A stretch of 64,000 nt of DNA from Eledone cirrhosa (GCA_964016885.1 OZ024743.1:255316001-255380000); one strand, 5' to 3'. Positions 1-14,410 are shown, counted from the first letter of the stretch. Numbers and translations: made by a program. The notes: generated from the letters alone by a model not told the origin.

Positions 1-155
1 TTCATATGTATGCATGTGTGTGTGAGTTCATGTGTTTATGTAGTTACATATATGTCTGTGTGTATGTGTGTATGCACAGAGTTTATAAATGCACTATTTT
101 GTGTGCTTTTATTTATATTTCTGTACAATATTATATATATGTCAATATCTATTAT

Positions 156-187
<32 letters not shown>

Positions 188-191
<4 letters not shown>

Positions 192-1050
192 GTGGTATCA
201 AAACGTTTCCGGACTAGTTCTGTAGCACGACAACTGATGGCAGCACACAGTTGCATGCACATTGAAAGCTAGTAGTGACCTTCCCGTGACAGTGTGGGGA
301 GCGACATCGCTGAGTTGCAAAATTTGTTTTTGTGATCATGTGTATGCTGTAGCCTGCAATGTTGTCATGAACAGGAATTTGGAACAAAGAGCCAATGTGA
401 AATTTTGCATTCAACTTGGGAAGTCTGCTACAGAAACATTGAGTATGCTTCAGCACGCTTACAACAATGAGGGTTGTACACAATGTTTTAAGTGGCATGA
501 GTGCTTCAAAAGTAGAAGAACGTCCCTGGGAGATGATGAGCAATCTGGATAACCTGCCGTGAGCATCACCTCTGGAAATTTGTAGAAGATTATTCAGCTT
601 AAGCATGAGGATCATTGGAGGACAATCAACGATATTGCTGATGTTGTTGGTCTGTTGTATGGGTCTGTGCAAGCAATCCTAATGACTGAATTGAACATGT
701 GACACTTCACTGCACTGAGCAGAAAAACATTGCATTAGAGTCTGTCAAGATCTCTGTCAGCATGCCGCTGATTTCCCATCCTTCATGTTGAGGATCATCT
801 CCAGTAAAGAGAGTTGGGTTCATGGGTATGACCCTGAGATGAAGCAGCAGTCAGCACAGTGGAACAGCCATTAATCTGCACAACCGAAGAAGGCATGACA
901 GAGTGCAACGCAATCAAGAGCATGCTCAACGTTTCTTTCAACATCTGTGTCATTGTGATTCGAGAATTCATACCTCAGGGCCTGGCTGTCTATTGAGAGT
1001 TCTACTGCAAAGTTTAAAGGAGTTTGAGGGAGAATGTTTGGCGAAAAATC
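188..1050 (+). mobile_element. Degraded mariner (Tc1/mariner) transposon, 5' part
   Basis: TIR-like start GAGGTGGTATCAAAACGTTTCCGGACT after a TA run. ORF 262-552 reads LEQRANVKFC..LGKSATET..W...FK.RRTSLGDDEQSG (mariner HTH). Downstream frames give RTINDIADVVG and ESWVHGYDPEMKQQSAQW (first catalytic D region). Stops and frameshifts present; right end not found. Confidence 0.85.
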
Positions 1051-1086
1051 CAATTCTTCATGCTACATAGATCTGGTTGCTTTCAT

Positions 1087-1452
1087 CAAGACACCAATTT
1101 GAAAATAGAGTCCCAGATATATTTTCAGTACCAGAATGCATTGCAAAAAGAAAAAAAAATTACCCAAAGAGTCTTCACCAAGACATCAATTTGAAATGTT
1201 GTCCAAGATTTGCATATCTTCAGTACCAGAATAGTACATAACAAATTCCCTCAAAGTGTTTTTACCAAGACACCAATTTGAAATACTCTGCCTAATATAT
1301 CTTATAATACTGCATTCATTACACAAAGAATTCCCTTAAATATTTTCCCTGAAGACACCAATTTGAAATACAGAACAAGGTATTACTTCAGTTTTTCAAT
1401 TCATTGCATGAAGAATTCCCCAAAAGTGTTTCCCTCCCAAGACACCAATATA
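1087..1452. repeat. Degenerate minisatellite, ~85-92 bp unit, 4-5 copies
   Basis: Core (C/G)AAGACA(C/T)CAATTTGAAA starts at 1087, 1179, 1266, 1351 and (partially) 1438. The intervening sequence is also partly conserved (TTCAGTACCAGAAT, AATTCCC). Confidence 0.8.
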
Positions 1453-1875
1453 GTCCAGCCCTGTTTTAATCCCTCAATTCATTACACCTTTTAACACCTG
1501 TAATGTTGACAGGATAAAGTGTTTAAGAAGAAGAAGCAATAACAGAAATAGTAAATTAATTTTAAAATGAGATGACATGTCATGTTTTATTTTTTTAGAT
1601 TTTCACTAATTTCTTTCTTTCTTTCTCTCCTTTAATACAAATATATATCTACACAAACACACACACGTTCATGTGTGTTTGTGTTTATATATATATATAT
1701 ACACGATGTATATGTGTGAGTATATGTACACGCACACACACAGACATACACACATATATATATATATTTATAATATGCAAACATAAAACTGATGATGATA
1801 AATACATATATTATATTTGCATCGTATCTTTAATCAGGAGGGGATGATGGAATTGTTTTCTTCCCTTCCCTAAAG

Positions 1876-1966
1876 ATTTTATCAATCAATAATTGTTATT
1901 GATCAGCTAGTGAAGAAGAGGTTGATAGAAACATGCCCAGAAGCTAAGGAAATTGCACATTTGTGA
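1876..1966 (+). CDS. Possible terminal coding exon of an unidentified host gene
   Basis: Pyrimidine tract plus AG (TTTTCTTCCCTTCCCTAAAG|), an open frame FYQSIIVIDQLVKKRLIETCPEAKEIAHL* and AATAAA at 1991. No homology recognised. Confidence 0.3.
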
Positions 1967-2277
1967 TTATCAATCTTACACCTTGGATCAAATAAATAAC
2001 AAGTCTCTCATTCTATTTTGATTTTATTTTATTTGGAAATTTGCTCTGTGGATTAAGCAATAACTTCAAGACATTTGCAAACTAAATGCAGAATCGGTGC
2101 ATTGAGATATGGCAGGATAGTTAAGGAGTATGTTTATCAACCATGTGGATCTGTGTTCAGGTTTATTGTATAATATTTTTCACAAGTTTCTTCTTCTATA
2201 GCCTCAGGTTGACCCATGTTTTGCCAGTGGAATCTGGTAAATAAAACCTGCTGAAGCCCATTATATGTATGTATATA

Positions 2278-2560
2278 TCATCATCATCATTATTGTTTAA
2301 CGTCCATTTTTCTATGTTAATATGGTTAAATGAGTTGTCCTATTGTGTGACAAATCAGATAAGATGAACATGTCTTGCTCATACAGAACAGTTTCTGACA
2401 TGGTTTCTACAGCTGGATGCCCTTCCTAATGCCAACCACATTTACAATGTGAACTGAGTGTTTTTGTCATGCCACCAAGGTTGGGCTGGATGCTTTTTGT
2501 CGTGTGACCAAGGTCATGGTAGGTGCTTTTTTGTATCACCATCATGACCACTTTATAGGG
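2278..2560 (-). mobile_element. Old RTE-type 3' tail fragment
   Basis: (CAT)n followed by GTTTAACGTCC...TTTCTACAGCTGGATGCCCTTCCTAATGCCAACC, the same tail motif as the RTE copies at 19413, 50224 and 63018. Confidence 0.7.
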
Positions 2561-2586
2561 TGGAATGGGTAATTATTGTCATGTCA

Positions 2587-2910
2587 CTAACACGACCATT
2601 CTACAGGGGGACTTAAATGCATGCAACTTGTTTTGTTAGCATTCAAGAAGAGTCCAATAGACTGTACTGCAGTTTTCACTCTGTGTAACACATCCTCCAC
2701 TTCTTTGCTAGTGTTTTTCAGGAGAGTTATGGCTCCTCTATAACCTAGTTCAGGTAGAACTTCCTCCATATGTTGGGTAGTTTGCCAAATCTTGGCTGAT
2801 GGTGCAATGGCCTTACACAGTGTATAAACAAGGCATATCACAAAAAAGAAAGGGACCAGAGGATCTCTCTTGAGGACTCTGGTATCAATAGAGAATTGCT
2901 CTGAGAAAAC
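2587..2910 (-). pseudogene. Non-LTR retrotransposon reverse-transcriptase fragment
   Basis: Minus-strand translation gives FSIDTRVLKRDPLVPFFFVICL (degenerate GVxQGDPLxPxLF) and ITLL...SIGLFLNANKT (RT motifs 5-7). Confidence 0.7.
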
Positions 2911-2954
2911 GTAATGGCAAGAGCTCAGCTGTCATGCACTAATTCTTTATGTAT

Positions 2955-3575
2955 GTATCTTGGTTGTCCATCGTAAACGATGATGACATTGTTGTTCCCG
3001 TCTGCCATGGGCGTGAAGGTGGCTGTGGAGGCCGATCCTTGACTTGCAGATCCGGGGATCGCCGCAGGGCTTTGGGAGTGCACACTAAAGAAGAAACCTG
3101 TGCGGGAAAGGTTTATAATGGGAGGGCCAGTGCACAGTGACGGTCCCACTCACTTGGCCGCAGAAGCCAGAATCCGGTGGTACGGAGGATCATCACGACC
3201 AGGGACTTCCTTGGCTGCAGTGAATGGCCACGACATCTGTAGTGCCTTGACATGCCCTAGCACTCCACACCACTTGCTGTTGCCACCTTCGTGACCGTTG
3301 GGACAATGTTGTCCTCCTCCACTCATTCCACCGGGTCCAGTCTTCGCATACAGGAGTAGGCATCCTCTATCTAACTCACCGGGGGGTTTCAACATGGTTC
3401 GGCCTGCCAGCCAAGGCGGTTTACCGGGGTGTGGCACCTGTCACATGCTACAGCTTCTTGGGGCCACAGGTGAGAGCTGAGTGTCGGGTGGGACCCAATG
3501 CAGGACGAGCTGTCCTGAAAAGAGCATGGCTAGCCCCTGCCCCTACAGAGGTACATGCCTCTCCCTGATACCACA
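2955..3575 (-). mobile_element. Internally deleted (bipartite) non-autonomous RTE element
   Basis: A GC-rich UTR-like block is joined to the extreme C-terminus of an RTE ORF (PCGDPRICKSRIGLHSHLHAH at ~3007-3070) and an RTE-like end GTCATCATCGTTTACGATGGAC. No EN or RT lies in between. Confidence 0.6.
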
Positions 3576-4438
3576 GGCATATACACACGCATATACATAC
3601 ACATACATATGTACATGTGTATATACATATTTACACATTTTTGGATACTGTTGACTCTTATGAGTTCTTCCGCCCTTTGTATATATATATGTATGTATAC
3701 ATATATATATATATTATAAAAAAGAGTTATATATATATGCATATATATAAATATATATATATATATATTTATTTATTTATGTGTGTGTGTATGTGTGTGT
3801 GTGTATCCTGTAATTTAGTAGTTCAACAAAAAAGAAATTGATAATTTAAATACCTAAGGAAAAGATAAGTAGTGGGTTCAAGACTCAATCAACTAAAATA
3901 AATGCTGTTCCCCAGCATGACTGCAGTCTAATAGCTGAAGCAGATAAAAGAATTAAAAAATAAAATAATATGGATTAAAAAATGCCCTCAAGTGATTTGC
4001 AAAACTAAATAAAGAATTGAGATGTTGACAATATCAACTACTTTTTCTAAAAATTCTCCCTATTTCCCTAAAGGAACCAATATTGGAATGGGATTGGAGG
4101 TGCCTTGGGTTTCTATAATTTATTTCTTTAGTTCTCATTTATTTTATTTCTTTATGTTGTTTATCGACTGCAAGTAAAAGTGAAAGAAAAGAGAGAGAAG
4201 GTGTCATTGTAAACTGAATAAAACGGTAAGGTTGGAATAATCTATTAAAATAGATTTGTGTGCATGTACATATATGTATGAGAGTGTATGTGTACCTTTG
4301 TTTGTGTGTATACATGTGAATTTATGTGCATATGTTTTTCTCTTGCCCTGAAATAGTTTAGGGGATAAAGATATCAAAGCATGTACACACGCACACAAAT
4401 ATATGTGTGTGTATGTAGGCATCTATGTGTATGTATGC

Positions 4439-4505
<67 letters not shown>

Positions 4506-4508
<3 letters not shown>

Positions 4509-4872
4509 CTCTCAAAGGCGATGACACATGACCGTGACCTCTGGCGTCACGCAGTAATACAGAGTATCCAACCTCCCATGGGTACAAGCTGAAGCATATA
4601 GACAATATGCCCCCAGGTAGTCGTGGAGGTGCCACGGCAAAAAAGCACCCAGCCCACACTGTAAAGTAGACGTGTAGGCGCCACGAAAAAGCACCCAGCA
4701 CTCACTGTAAATGAGGTTGGTGTTAGGAAGGGCATCGAGCTGTAGAAATCAAGCCAAATCAGTTCCTGTATGAGCAAGGCATGGTCAGCCAACCAGACAC
4801 TGCCCGCAACAGGACAACCCGTCTAACCCATGCTAGCGTGGAAGAACGGACGTAAAACGGTGATGATGATGA
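4506..4872 (+). mobile_element. 5'-truncated RTE LINE 3' end
   Basis: Close reverse-complement match to 63018-63412; ends GGACGTAAAACGG(TGA)n; flanked by TA tracts. Confidence 0.9.
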
Positions 4873-5139
4873 TATATATATATATATGTATATATATATA
4901 TTTGTTTTGCGAGGTATTTGATATGAAATCGTGTGTCGAAACAAATATTGTTATACTTGGGGAGGGTCATATTGTTGTAATAATATTGCCAGAATTAATA
5001 ACAAAACACACTCACTGTTTGGTTGGTTTTCGCTGCTGTATCTTTTATATCAGTTAATTCATTCAGTCCTCAATGTTTACCATTGACTGACCAACGGTAA
5101 AAAATACAGATATAATATAGATATAAACACATATATATA

Positions 5140-7310
5140 GTCTAACAAAGTTCTTTCGTTGCACATCTGCAATATCGTCAGTGGTGCTATTATGTTCCTC
5201 CTGTTGTATTGTATATTTACGCCATTTTTATTTAATCTGTTTATTTATTTATTTATTTATTTTTGTCTTCTTCTCTGCACATGCGTTTGCGTGTGTGTAT
5301 AGTGTTTGGTGTATGTTCACATTTGCGTGACTGTGTTTTGGTTATTGTATTCTATTTTAGTTTACTAGTGTGTGCTTATATGTGTTTGTTGTTATTGTGC
5401 TTGTGTATGTACTTATTTATTTATTTATTTATTTATATTTCTCTTAAGGTTTGGGTGTTGTTGTTATTCCATTCATTTTTTTCTGTTTAGCTTTGGCCTT
5501 CTAAGTTCTATTTCACTTGACTCTTTGATTTGCCTATCTTCTGGGTCATTTCTATGTTTAGATATAATTTTAATTTCTATGTTGTCTATGTTACCATCAT
5601 GTTGTTGTCTGGCATGTTCATATAGTACTGAACCATTTTGTCGTCATTTTAGTTCCCCCCAGCGTTGGTCTATCCTTTCACCTATGCTACATGCTGCCTC
5701 GCCTATGTATGTTGTTGTCATGTTTCTGCAAGTACCCTCTGTACATCTTATGCTATAGACTACGTTTTTAGTTTTACAGTTTATCCAGGGGTTTACTTTA
5801 CATATAATACATTTCCTATTAGTAGAGTGGGTTTTCTTAAAAGGGTATATTTTGCTGATCAGGGATTTTATGGTAGTTCCTGGCTTTTCTACCACTTTAA
5901 TCTTTAAGTGGGTCTTTCTCAGGGCCTTTCTACACTGGTAAGCTAATTTCCCTCCAGGGGTAGCGTCCACAAACATAACACTCTGGTATCTCTGGTTGTC
6001 ATACCATGAGGTGGCTTTCTCTATCTTATGTTTAGTCCTATCTAAGCTATTCCATGATTTGCTCCTGTATAATGGGCAAATTCCTTTCATGTCCAGTTCT
6101 ATGAGGGTCTTATACTTCTCCGTGGCTCCTTTGTATACTCTGATTCTGTCTCTTTCGTTGTAGCCAGACAACTGCATGCGGTTGATGAAGTGTTGGATAT
6201 GTCTTTCCATTTCTGTTGGGTCGCACATGCGGGACACGTTCTTCATCACTCGTACCAAGTCTGCGATCAGAATATTAAACTTAGCACTACTGGACATTGC
6301 TGAGTTTTTGAGTATCAGGTATTTGGAGGCCATGGGTTTAGCATAGTGTGAGTGGAGAATGTGGGCCCTCTTGTCTATAGTGTTAATCCAGTGTTCCGTG
6401 TCTAATAGAGGTAGTCTACTCTTAGGGTATTTGAAAGGGTAGTCGATAGTTACAGTTATACTCTGGTGTATGGAATTAGTTATCTGCTGGATGCTTTCCA
6501 TTGTGCTATATTCTAAATCATGTTCATTAGTACTCTCTTGTGGGGGGTCCTTATCACTATATTAATGTTGTCTACGTAATGAGAGTACATGATGAGGTCT
6601 ATGGAGCTCTCATTATGGAGATCTTTGAGTCTCCTTTCCCACCATACCATAAAAATATTGGCAACATCACCAGCTATGCTCACGCCAATGGCTGCTCCTT
6701 CATTTTGGGAGTAGATATTCTCGTTGAATTTGAATATCTGGCCCTTTAGGGTAGTTTTAATACTAGCCCCTATTGCATGCGCGACCATTTTTCTTACCTG
6801 ATCATTGTTTTTAGGGGTCTGTATGGCTTTGGTCCACCCAATCCACCTTCCCATAGGAGCCTTTTTTGCCATTGAGGTTATGGTGAGGGGTCTACCTTTT
6901 ATGGGTCTACTGGGGAAGAAACAGCTAAGGTCATGGCTGTCTAGGTAGTCGGTGTCATAGGTAAGTCTAAGTAGGAGGCCCAGTTCTTCTGTGTTGACGT
7001 CGCAGAACTCCACCTCGCTCTCACTGATCATCTCCACACATTTTTTTCACAGCAAAATCAATGTTGTTGGATGGGTACAGTGATACCACGTCCATACTGC
7101 CTATTATGCAGTTAGATAGGTTTTTGTTTTTGTTGCATTCATTGATTCTGCTGAGGAGGTCCTCTGTACTGTCACATCTTCATTATGGGGCGCATAACCA
7201 TTGAGAGGAAGTAGGAGATCCTGTAGTTGCTAGCGATATTGGCTCCGCATACAGGTCTTGTTGGTGGTCCTGTTGTCGGGTCGTCGACTGTCTTATGCTC
7301 AGAGTTCAAT
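5140..7310 (-). mobile_element. Penelope-like retroelement remnant (RT + C-terminal GIY-YIG)
   Basis: Broken frames read TRPVCGA, GSMDVVSLYPS, FKFNENIYSQNEGAAIG..IAGDVANIFM, YVDNI, LPLLD, HYAKPM, C..C..NCKTKNVVYSIRC..C..YIGE..IGER (ORFs 7172-7480, 6513-7037, 5644-6501). A hammerhead-like motif sits at the 3' end. Confidence 0.9.
5143..5187 (-). ncRNA. Degenerate hammerhead ribozyme motif at PLE 3' terminus
   Basis: Minus strand: CUGACGA-uaUUGCA gaug UGCAAc-GAAA gaacuu. Core and stem II are present; stem I pairing is poor. Confidence 0.5.
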
Positions 7311-7354
7311 CCAGCTGACAAAACATATAAGATGAGTAAAATTTCTAATTCCCA

Positions 7355-7630
7355 AAACTGTGATGCTGCCACGGGGTCGATAAAATAAAGCACCAGTAAT
7401 GCACTGGGATAATTGCTGGCCTTGTGCAAAAAATAGAAACAATTATATATATGTAAGGGAGGGCAGTATCGGTAGCACATCAGACACCATGCTTTTCAGC
7501 ACCATTCTGAGTTCAATTCCTGCCTGCTGAGGTTAAGTTTGCCTTTTATCCTTACGGCGTCAATAAAATAAAGTACCAGTAATGCACTGGGGTAATTGCT
7601 GGCCTTGTGCCAAAAGTAGAAACAATTCAA
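7355..7630 (+). mobile_element. SINE fragments (Nin-domain-like), two partial copies
   Basis: GAGTTCAATTCC...TTTGCCTTTTATCC...GTC(G/A)ATAAAATAAAG(T/C)ACCAGTAATGCACTGGG...GGCCTTGTGC repeated; the same motif occurs at 42315-42420. Confidence 0.6.
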
Positions 7631-10600
7631 TATATATGTATGTATATATATATGTGCGTGTGTGTTTGTGTGTGTTTATATGTATATATACATTTAAAAT
7701 AGGAGACAATGGAAAGATGGACAATCCCACATATACATAATCCACACGAATAAACCAGCAAGAAACATTAAATTACAAATATAAATAATATTAGAATACA
7801 CTGCTTGAAAGCTGATTTGAACTAATGTCTTTCCAGGCTAACAAATGTGAGCCACTCCCATATAAACACCTCTGAATGGACATAATTAAAATATTGATAA
7901 TATTAACTTTACATCTCTTGGAATATTTGTAATTGGATATTGAACCAGTCTGTTGTAATGACATATTGACATGAAGAATATTTATCTTGAGACTGCAAAA
8001 CAAAGAACAGCTTTACTCTATGAATTTTGCTGTATATCTCAATATTTTATTGGCAGGATGCAGTTGTAGTAGTGGGGAAGCAGATCAATTTTTTAAAGCT
8101 GTGATGTTATTATTCCTTTTGATTCCAACCTATTTGAAACTGACTCTGTTTCTATGAATCAAAACCACCTATTTTAAATGGTTTATGTTTATATTAAGAT
8201 CACCCAATATAATATGATATATGAGTACAAATACCATCTTTATAATATGCAGACATGCTTTAAAGTATTTTTCCTCATTTAATCCCCATCCTTCCGAAAC
8301 CAGCTTTGGATCTCTAAAAAAGATCACATATTTTAAATGGTTCCTAGTTAAAGCTAAAATCTTCTGGCATAAATTTATATAGAAACCATATGTTAAGTTA
8401 CTATTTTAGTAATGAAATAATTAATAATTTAGTAAATCCTTCCCTTCATGAATTAATTGAAGTAAAATATATTTCATGAATTAATTGAAGTAAAATATAT
8501 TTCATTTATGGTAATAAAGACGTTAATGTCCTGTACAGCATAAAAACACATTACTAAAACATTCTTGAAACCTACAAAACAGCACTAAGTCCCCATCATA
8601 TAAAAGATTATAGCCTTTACTCTGTTATTCACAATAATTGGTCTACTCGTAATGAAAGTATAAACATTTGAATTAACAAAGTTATTTGAGATATTTTCTA
8701 CTAAATGATTACAGAATATTGTGGGTTAAATTGGGTTGTTATTAAAAACAAATGTGGTAAAATTAGAGCAGAGCAGCAAAGGTATTATTGATAGCCATTT
8801 ATCATATATAAGGGGCTATCAATATAAGTATAAGTCCAGAAATATAGGACAAAAAATCGATGTTAAAATGACGGATGTGGTGATGGGGTGGGTGACTTAA
8901 TATCTCCATAAAAAGATGCAAATAATCTGGAGTGATTGCTTTACAATGAAACACTGTTTTACTACATTTTAGAAGCATTTTTACAGAATATTTTTAGTTT
9001 TCACTACCTTTCTAAATTTCTAAATTTCTCCCAGCATGTGAGTGGCCAGTTCTCAAATGAAATTTCATTTATTAAATGTTCTAATAGATTTGTAGTTATA
9101 CAAATGCTCTGTTAGCATTGATTTATTTCAGAAGTTATTCACACTTATATATTATTATATGATACTAATTATACAGACAACAAATTATAAACATAAGTTT
9201 GAGAAACTTGTAAAACCTTTCTAAAATAGATGAAATGGTGAAAAATAATTATGTAATGGAGTTGTGAAACAAAAACTATACTCTAAACAAAACATAAAAA
9301 CATTTTAGATATCAAAATATTAAAATTTCATAAAGATTTTTTCTATATGTAGGAATTTACAAAAGTGCACCATATAAACATAATGTGTTGATCAGCTTAC
9401 TTTGGCTTATAAAAAGGGGTTTGGAATTTTGCCCCTTTTCTTGGGTATAGAATATGGTGGGTGGCATAAATTTAGATTGGCATATACATGAGTATATATG
9501 GCAGGTGTTTCCTGCTATAACTTCATTAACTCTTTTTATACCAACCTGGCTGAAAGTGGCTTTGGTTTGAAGAAACAAAACCACCCATTTTAAAAGGTTT
9601 TTACATAAATTAAAATCTTCCAACATAATTTTGATATAAGAATCATATGTTGAGTTACTATCTTAGGAGGAAATCATTTATGGTTTCAGTAAACCCCTAA
9701 AAAATGTTCATTAATTAATTGAAATATGGCCATGAAATTATGTTGTTTATTATGTTGTTTATTTTATTGTTTTGGAGTGTGTATGTGTTGTTGGTATTTT
9801 CATCATTTTTTCAAGACAAAAATATGCTCTGTGTTCTTGAAAAAATGCAAAGAAGAAGCATTGATATTAAATGAACCAAACTAATGACTGAGTTATTATC
9901 CTTGAGATTCTACATCAACTACTGGACTCGATTTAATCAAGTTTCTCCTCCCACTAAATTGATGACCTTAGGCCTAAATTATTATATTCATACTTCACTG
10001 TGTTAAAGGCAGGCAAATTTTAACATCAAAATATTGGGTAAAACGTTTGCTTTATTCATTGGAAAATATGGCTCGTAAATTGTGAAATCCTGCAAATAAC
10101 TGATTACAATTTTGTACTAGCTTTTTACATATGTAGCATTATAATTACACAGATATATATAATTAAACGTGTTCTCTATTGTTATAACACTGGTATACAA
10201 TATAGATAGTAACCAAAGGCATTCTTAATCATAACGATGGTACCTTGGAAAAGTGTCTTTATACTCTACTATACCTTTGATTTGACCAATGAATTGTGAG
10301 TGAAATTTGATAGATGGAATATTTGCTGAAACTGTTATTTTTTAGTGTGTGTGAGTGTGTGTTTGTGTGTGTATTTGTTTGTGTGTCTGTGTGTGTGTGT
10401 TTACATTTACTTAATGGTTTGACAAAATGATATCAATAAAATAACTACAAGTGTTGGAAGAAAAGGTACTAGAGCTTATATGATCAACTAATACCTTCAA
10501 ACCCATGCAAGCGTGGAAGATGGACGTTAAACGATGATGATGATGATGATGATGATACTGCTCCAATATGGTTGCAGTCTAATTACTGACAGGATTAAAC

Positions 10601-10664
10601 GAATAAAAGAATATGAAAGAAATATAAAAATGGGTTCCAAATATACTTTATATTTACAATCACA

Positions 10665-10792
10665 ATGCAAGGTGGCAAATTGGCAGAGTTGTTAGAGTGT
10701 GGGATAAATTGCCTTCCAGGATTTTTTCTGACTCTGCACTCAGAGTTCAAATCCCACCGATCAACTTTGTCTTTCATTCTTTGTGTATCAAA
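10665..10792 (+). mobile_element. SINE fragment (same Nin-like family)
   Basis: A-box-like TGGCAGAGTTG, B-box-like GAGTTCAAATCC, then ACTTTGTCTTTCATTC. Confidence 0.55.
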
Positions 10793-11816
10793 CAATCATA
10801 TCTTGTTTCATAATTTGGCATGGTTTTTATGTTTGAATGCCTTTCCAACCTCCAGCCACTTAAAGTCCATTGGATGAATTCCGTATTATTTTGCATCCAC
10901 TTCCCATGCTAGCACAATTTTGACAGGTTGTCACAATCTGAAAGAAGGCATGATCAGATAAATATGTCTTGCTCATATGTTCCATATTTTGGCATACTTT
11001 CTACTACTGGATAGCTTTCCTGATGTTAACCACATCACAAAGTGTACTCGATGCATTTCATCATGGCACTTGCTCAAAAGACTTTATCAAGGCCTTAACA
11101 AAACCAGTGAGTTTACTCAACCCAATTTCAATTTGTCAGTTAATCATATCTACTGCATGGCAGGTGATAAGGGTACCTCTTCTTTCCAATCAGCCATGAT
11201 CTCTCACCACATGTACGTTAACTTTTAAATGAATAAACCCAGGCAAGGCCAGATATAATTACTTGTTTTAAACTAAAGTTGACAGAATGGAATTTTCTGG
11301 TATTTCTTAATAATATCATTTGGACTTCTTTCTGTTTAACTCTTTAACAGCACAGTGTGTCAATATTGACATATCAGTTACTAAAAGCAAAGTATTTACT
11401 TATACTTTCCATGATAAATTCTGGAGAAAATCAGGATATTTTTACAATTCCAATGTGCAATAATACCTCTGTAGCAGAAAACTGAAATCCATCATCTGGT
11501 TTTCAAGTCATTTATTTATCTTCTCTTCCATTTTGAAATCTTTGTATGTGTCATGTGGTCTTTATTTTTGAAAGAGAAGGTGGAGTAGGTACTCTCTACC
11601 TTCTGTCTCAGCTACATACTAAAACTGAGAAGCTTTCTTTCCATTCACAACAAATGAATGGTAAGAGAAAAGAGAGAAGAGAGAGAAAGACTGATAGATA
11701 TTTTTTCTTAGTTGTCATATTCAATTTACTATCTGTTGACAGCTAACAGATTTTCACAGCATAAAATGATCCTAGATAAACCTCCCCTCCTCTCATTCTT
11801 CTCGCATATATCAAGG

Positions 11817-12587
<771 letters not shown>

Positions 12588-14039
12588 CACCTTGACCGAC
12601 CATATAAATATATATCTCTCCATTAGTTGCAATGTCAAATTTCACTAAAATCTTTTCCAACAAAGTTCTCTGGTGACTAAAAGCAAGAATGTAGCCTTGA
12701 AGCTGTAACCTATGTGCAATATATGTATAAATAGAGGTGTGTAATAATAAGTGTTACAATATATAAGTAAAATTGTACTCTGTATTTATAATCATCATTT
12801 TTTGACATCTGCTTTGCCATACATGCTTATGTTAGATGGGTCTTCTCCCAAAATAGTCCTCTATCACATGTTTTCTCTATACGGTTCAACATCTCAAGGT
12901 CAATTTTTATCATGTAGGTAAGGAGCTGTTGAACCATAAATGCTTATAGTTGGAAAATTGATAAATTACAAACAACAAAAACAAACATTTTAAAACTGTT
13001 GATGCTAAACTGCCTAAACTGCTCTGTTTTCACTATCATCGCTATGTCCAATTTATTTCAAGCATCCATCAGTTGGGCAGGACCTTTTCAGCACAGCATA
13101 CAGCATCTCTCCATTCATTGCATTCCTATGTCATCTCCTTTGTGAGTCTCAGTGATTTGAAAGCTGCTCTCACCACCTCTGCCCATGGTCTACCTCTTGT
13201 GGCTTCCTTCCACAAGGATTTCCTAGCACTGCTTTCCCCAACAATGATCAGCTATGCACATCACAGTCTGTACCTATGCAATCATCTCTCTTGCACACCA
13301 TTATGGATTTTATGATATAAAAAACTGACCAGATTTATGTGTTCATCCTTTAATAAAACATTCTGCCAGAATTGTATCTTTGCAATTTTTTAGGATTTAT
13401 TTGGATGATTTGAAATTTGAAAATGTTTAAATTCCAACACAGAATTAATAAAAAGTTAATAGCATTAGAAAATCAGGTAAAATACCCTCAAGAACAGGAA
13501 ATAGGTGTCTGCTGGTCACTTGTAGTGATGCTGTTTTGATACATTTTCAAATATTAAATTTTTAAATGATATTTCAAACATCAGCTTACTAATGAAAAAA
13601 TTGTTATTTTATTAAATTCTTCCCAATTCTTGATCATTTTCAAAATGAATTAATATACATAGTCAATGAATTTCATTAGAAATATGGTAATGAAAGATTT
13701 AAAGACTTAAAGCCATTTTCTTTACAAAAAAAAGAGATTAGTCTTATTAGTCTCATCCCATGAAGACTTTTTACAGCTATATACCCTTCCTGGTGTTAAT
13801 GCTTTTGCTTCTTATGATATGCAGGGATACAGTGTACAGTCAAAATAAGTTCCTAATTATTTCGTAATTTTTAATTGTTTTATAACTGATTTTATGATGT
13901 TTAAGACTTGTCAGAAGGGAGGTGTCCTCAAATAAGAGATGTGGTCTAAATGCTTACAACAAAGTGAGCTCTGCTGAAAGCACCCAAGTACAAGTCTGTG
14001 TTGTAAAACTGGCAGCAGTGATAGTGTAAACTAGGTTTA

Positions 14040-14410
14040 CCACCCAAACTAGGTCAAGGCAGGATTTGAACTCAGAATTTGAAGAGCTAAAATAAATATC
14101 CCAAACCATCCTATCAGACACTTTTATGATTCCACCTCTTCACTGTCATAGACTATCTATTTATTTATTTATCAACCCAAGAAGGACAAAAGGAAAAGTT
14201 GACCTCAGCAAGATTTGAATTCAAAACACAAGGAACCTCTATAAATACCAGAAGGTATTCATCCAACATTTTTATGATTCTGCCAGTGTGCCATCATAGA
14301 CTATATATATTGTTGATTGGTTACAGAAGGATGAAAGTCAAAAGTTGATTTTGGTGGGGTTTGAACTCAGACTACAGAGAGCTGGAACAAGCACTGCAAG
14401 GCATCTTGTC
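14040..14410 (-). mobile_element. Three tandem degenerate SINE heads (Nin-like family)
   Basis: GATTTGAACTC-type motifs (reverse B box) at ~14064, ~14212 and ~14359, with reverse Nin-like GGATGAAAG..AAAGTTGAC before the latter two. Confidence 0.5.

Noticed and set aside
7791-8003. Minus-strand ORF with a strong acceptor (TTCTTTGTTTTGCAG)
   Set aside because: No recognisable peptide in any frame and no convincing donor; too weak to call an exon.
8444-8505. Short local tandem duplications (also ~21531, ~25627, ~36638)
   Set aside because: Ordinary 16-30 bp slippage duplications.
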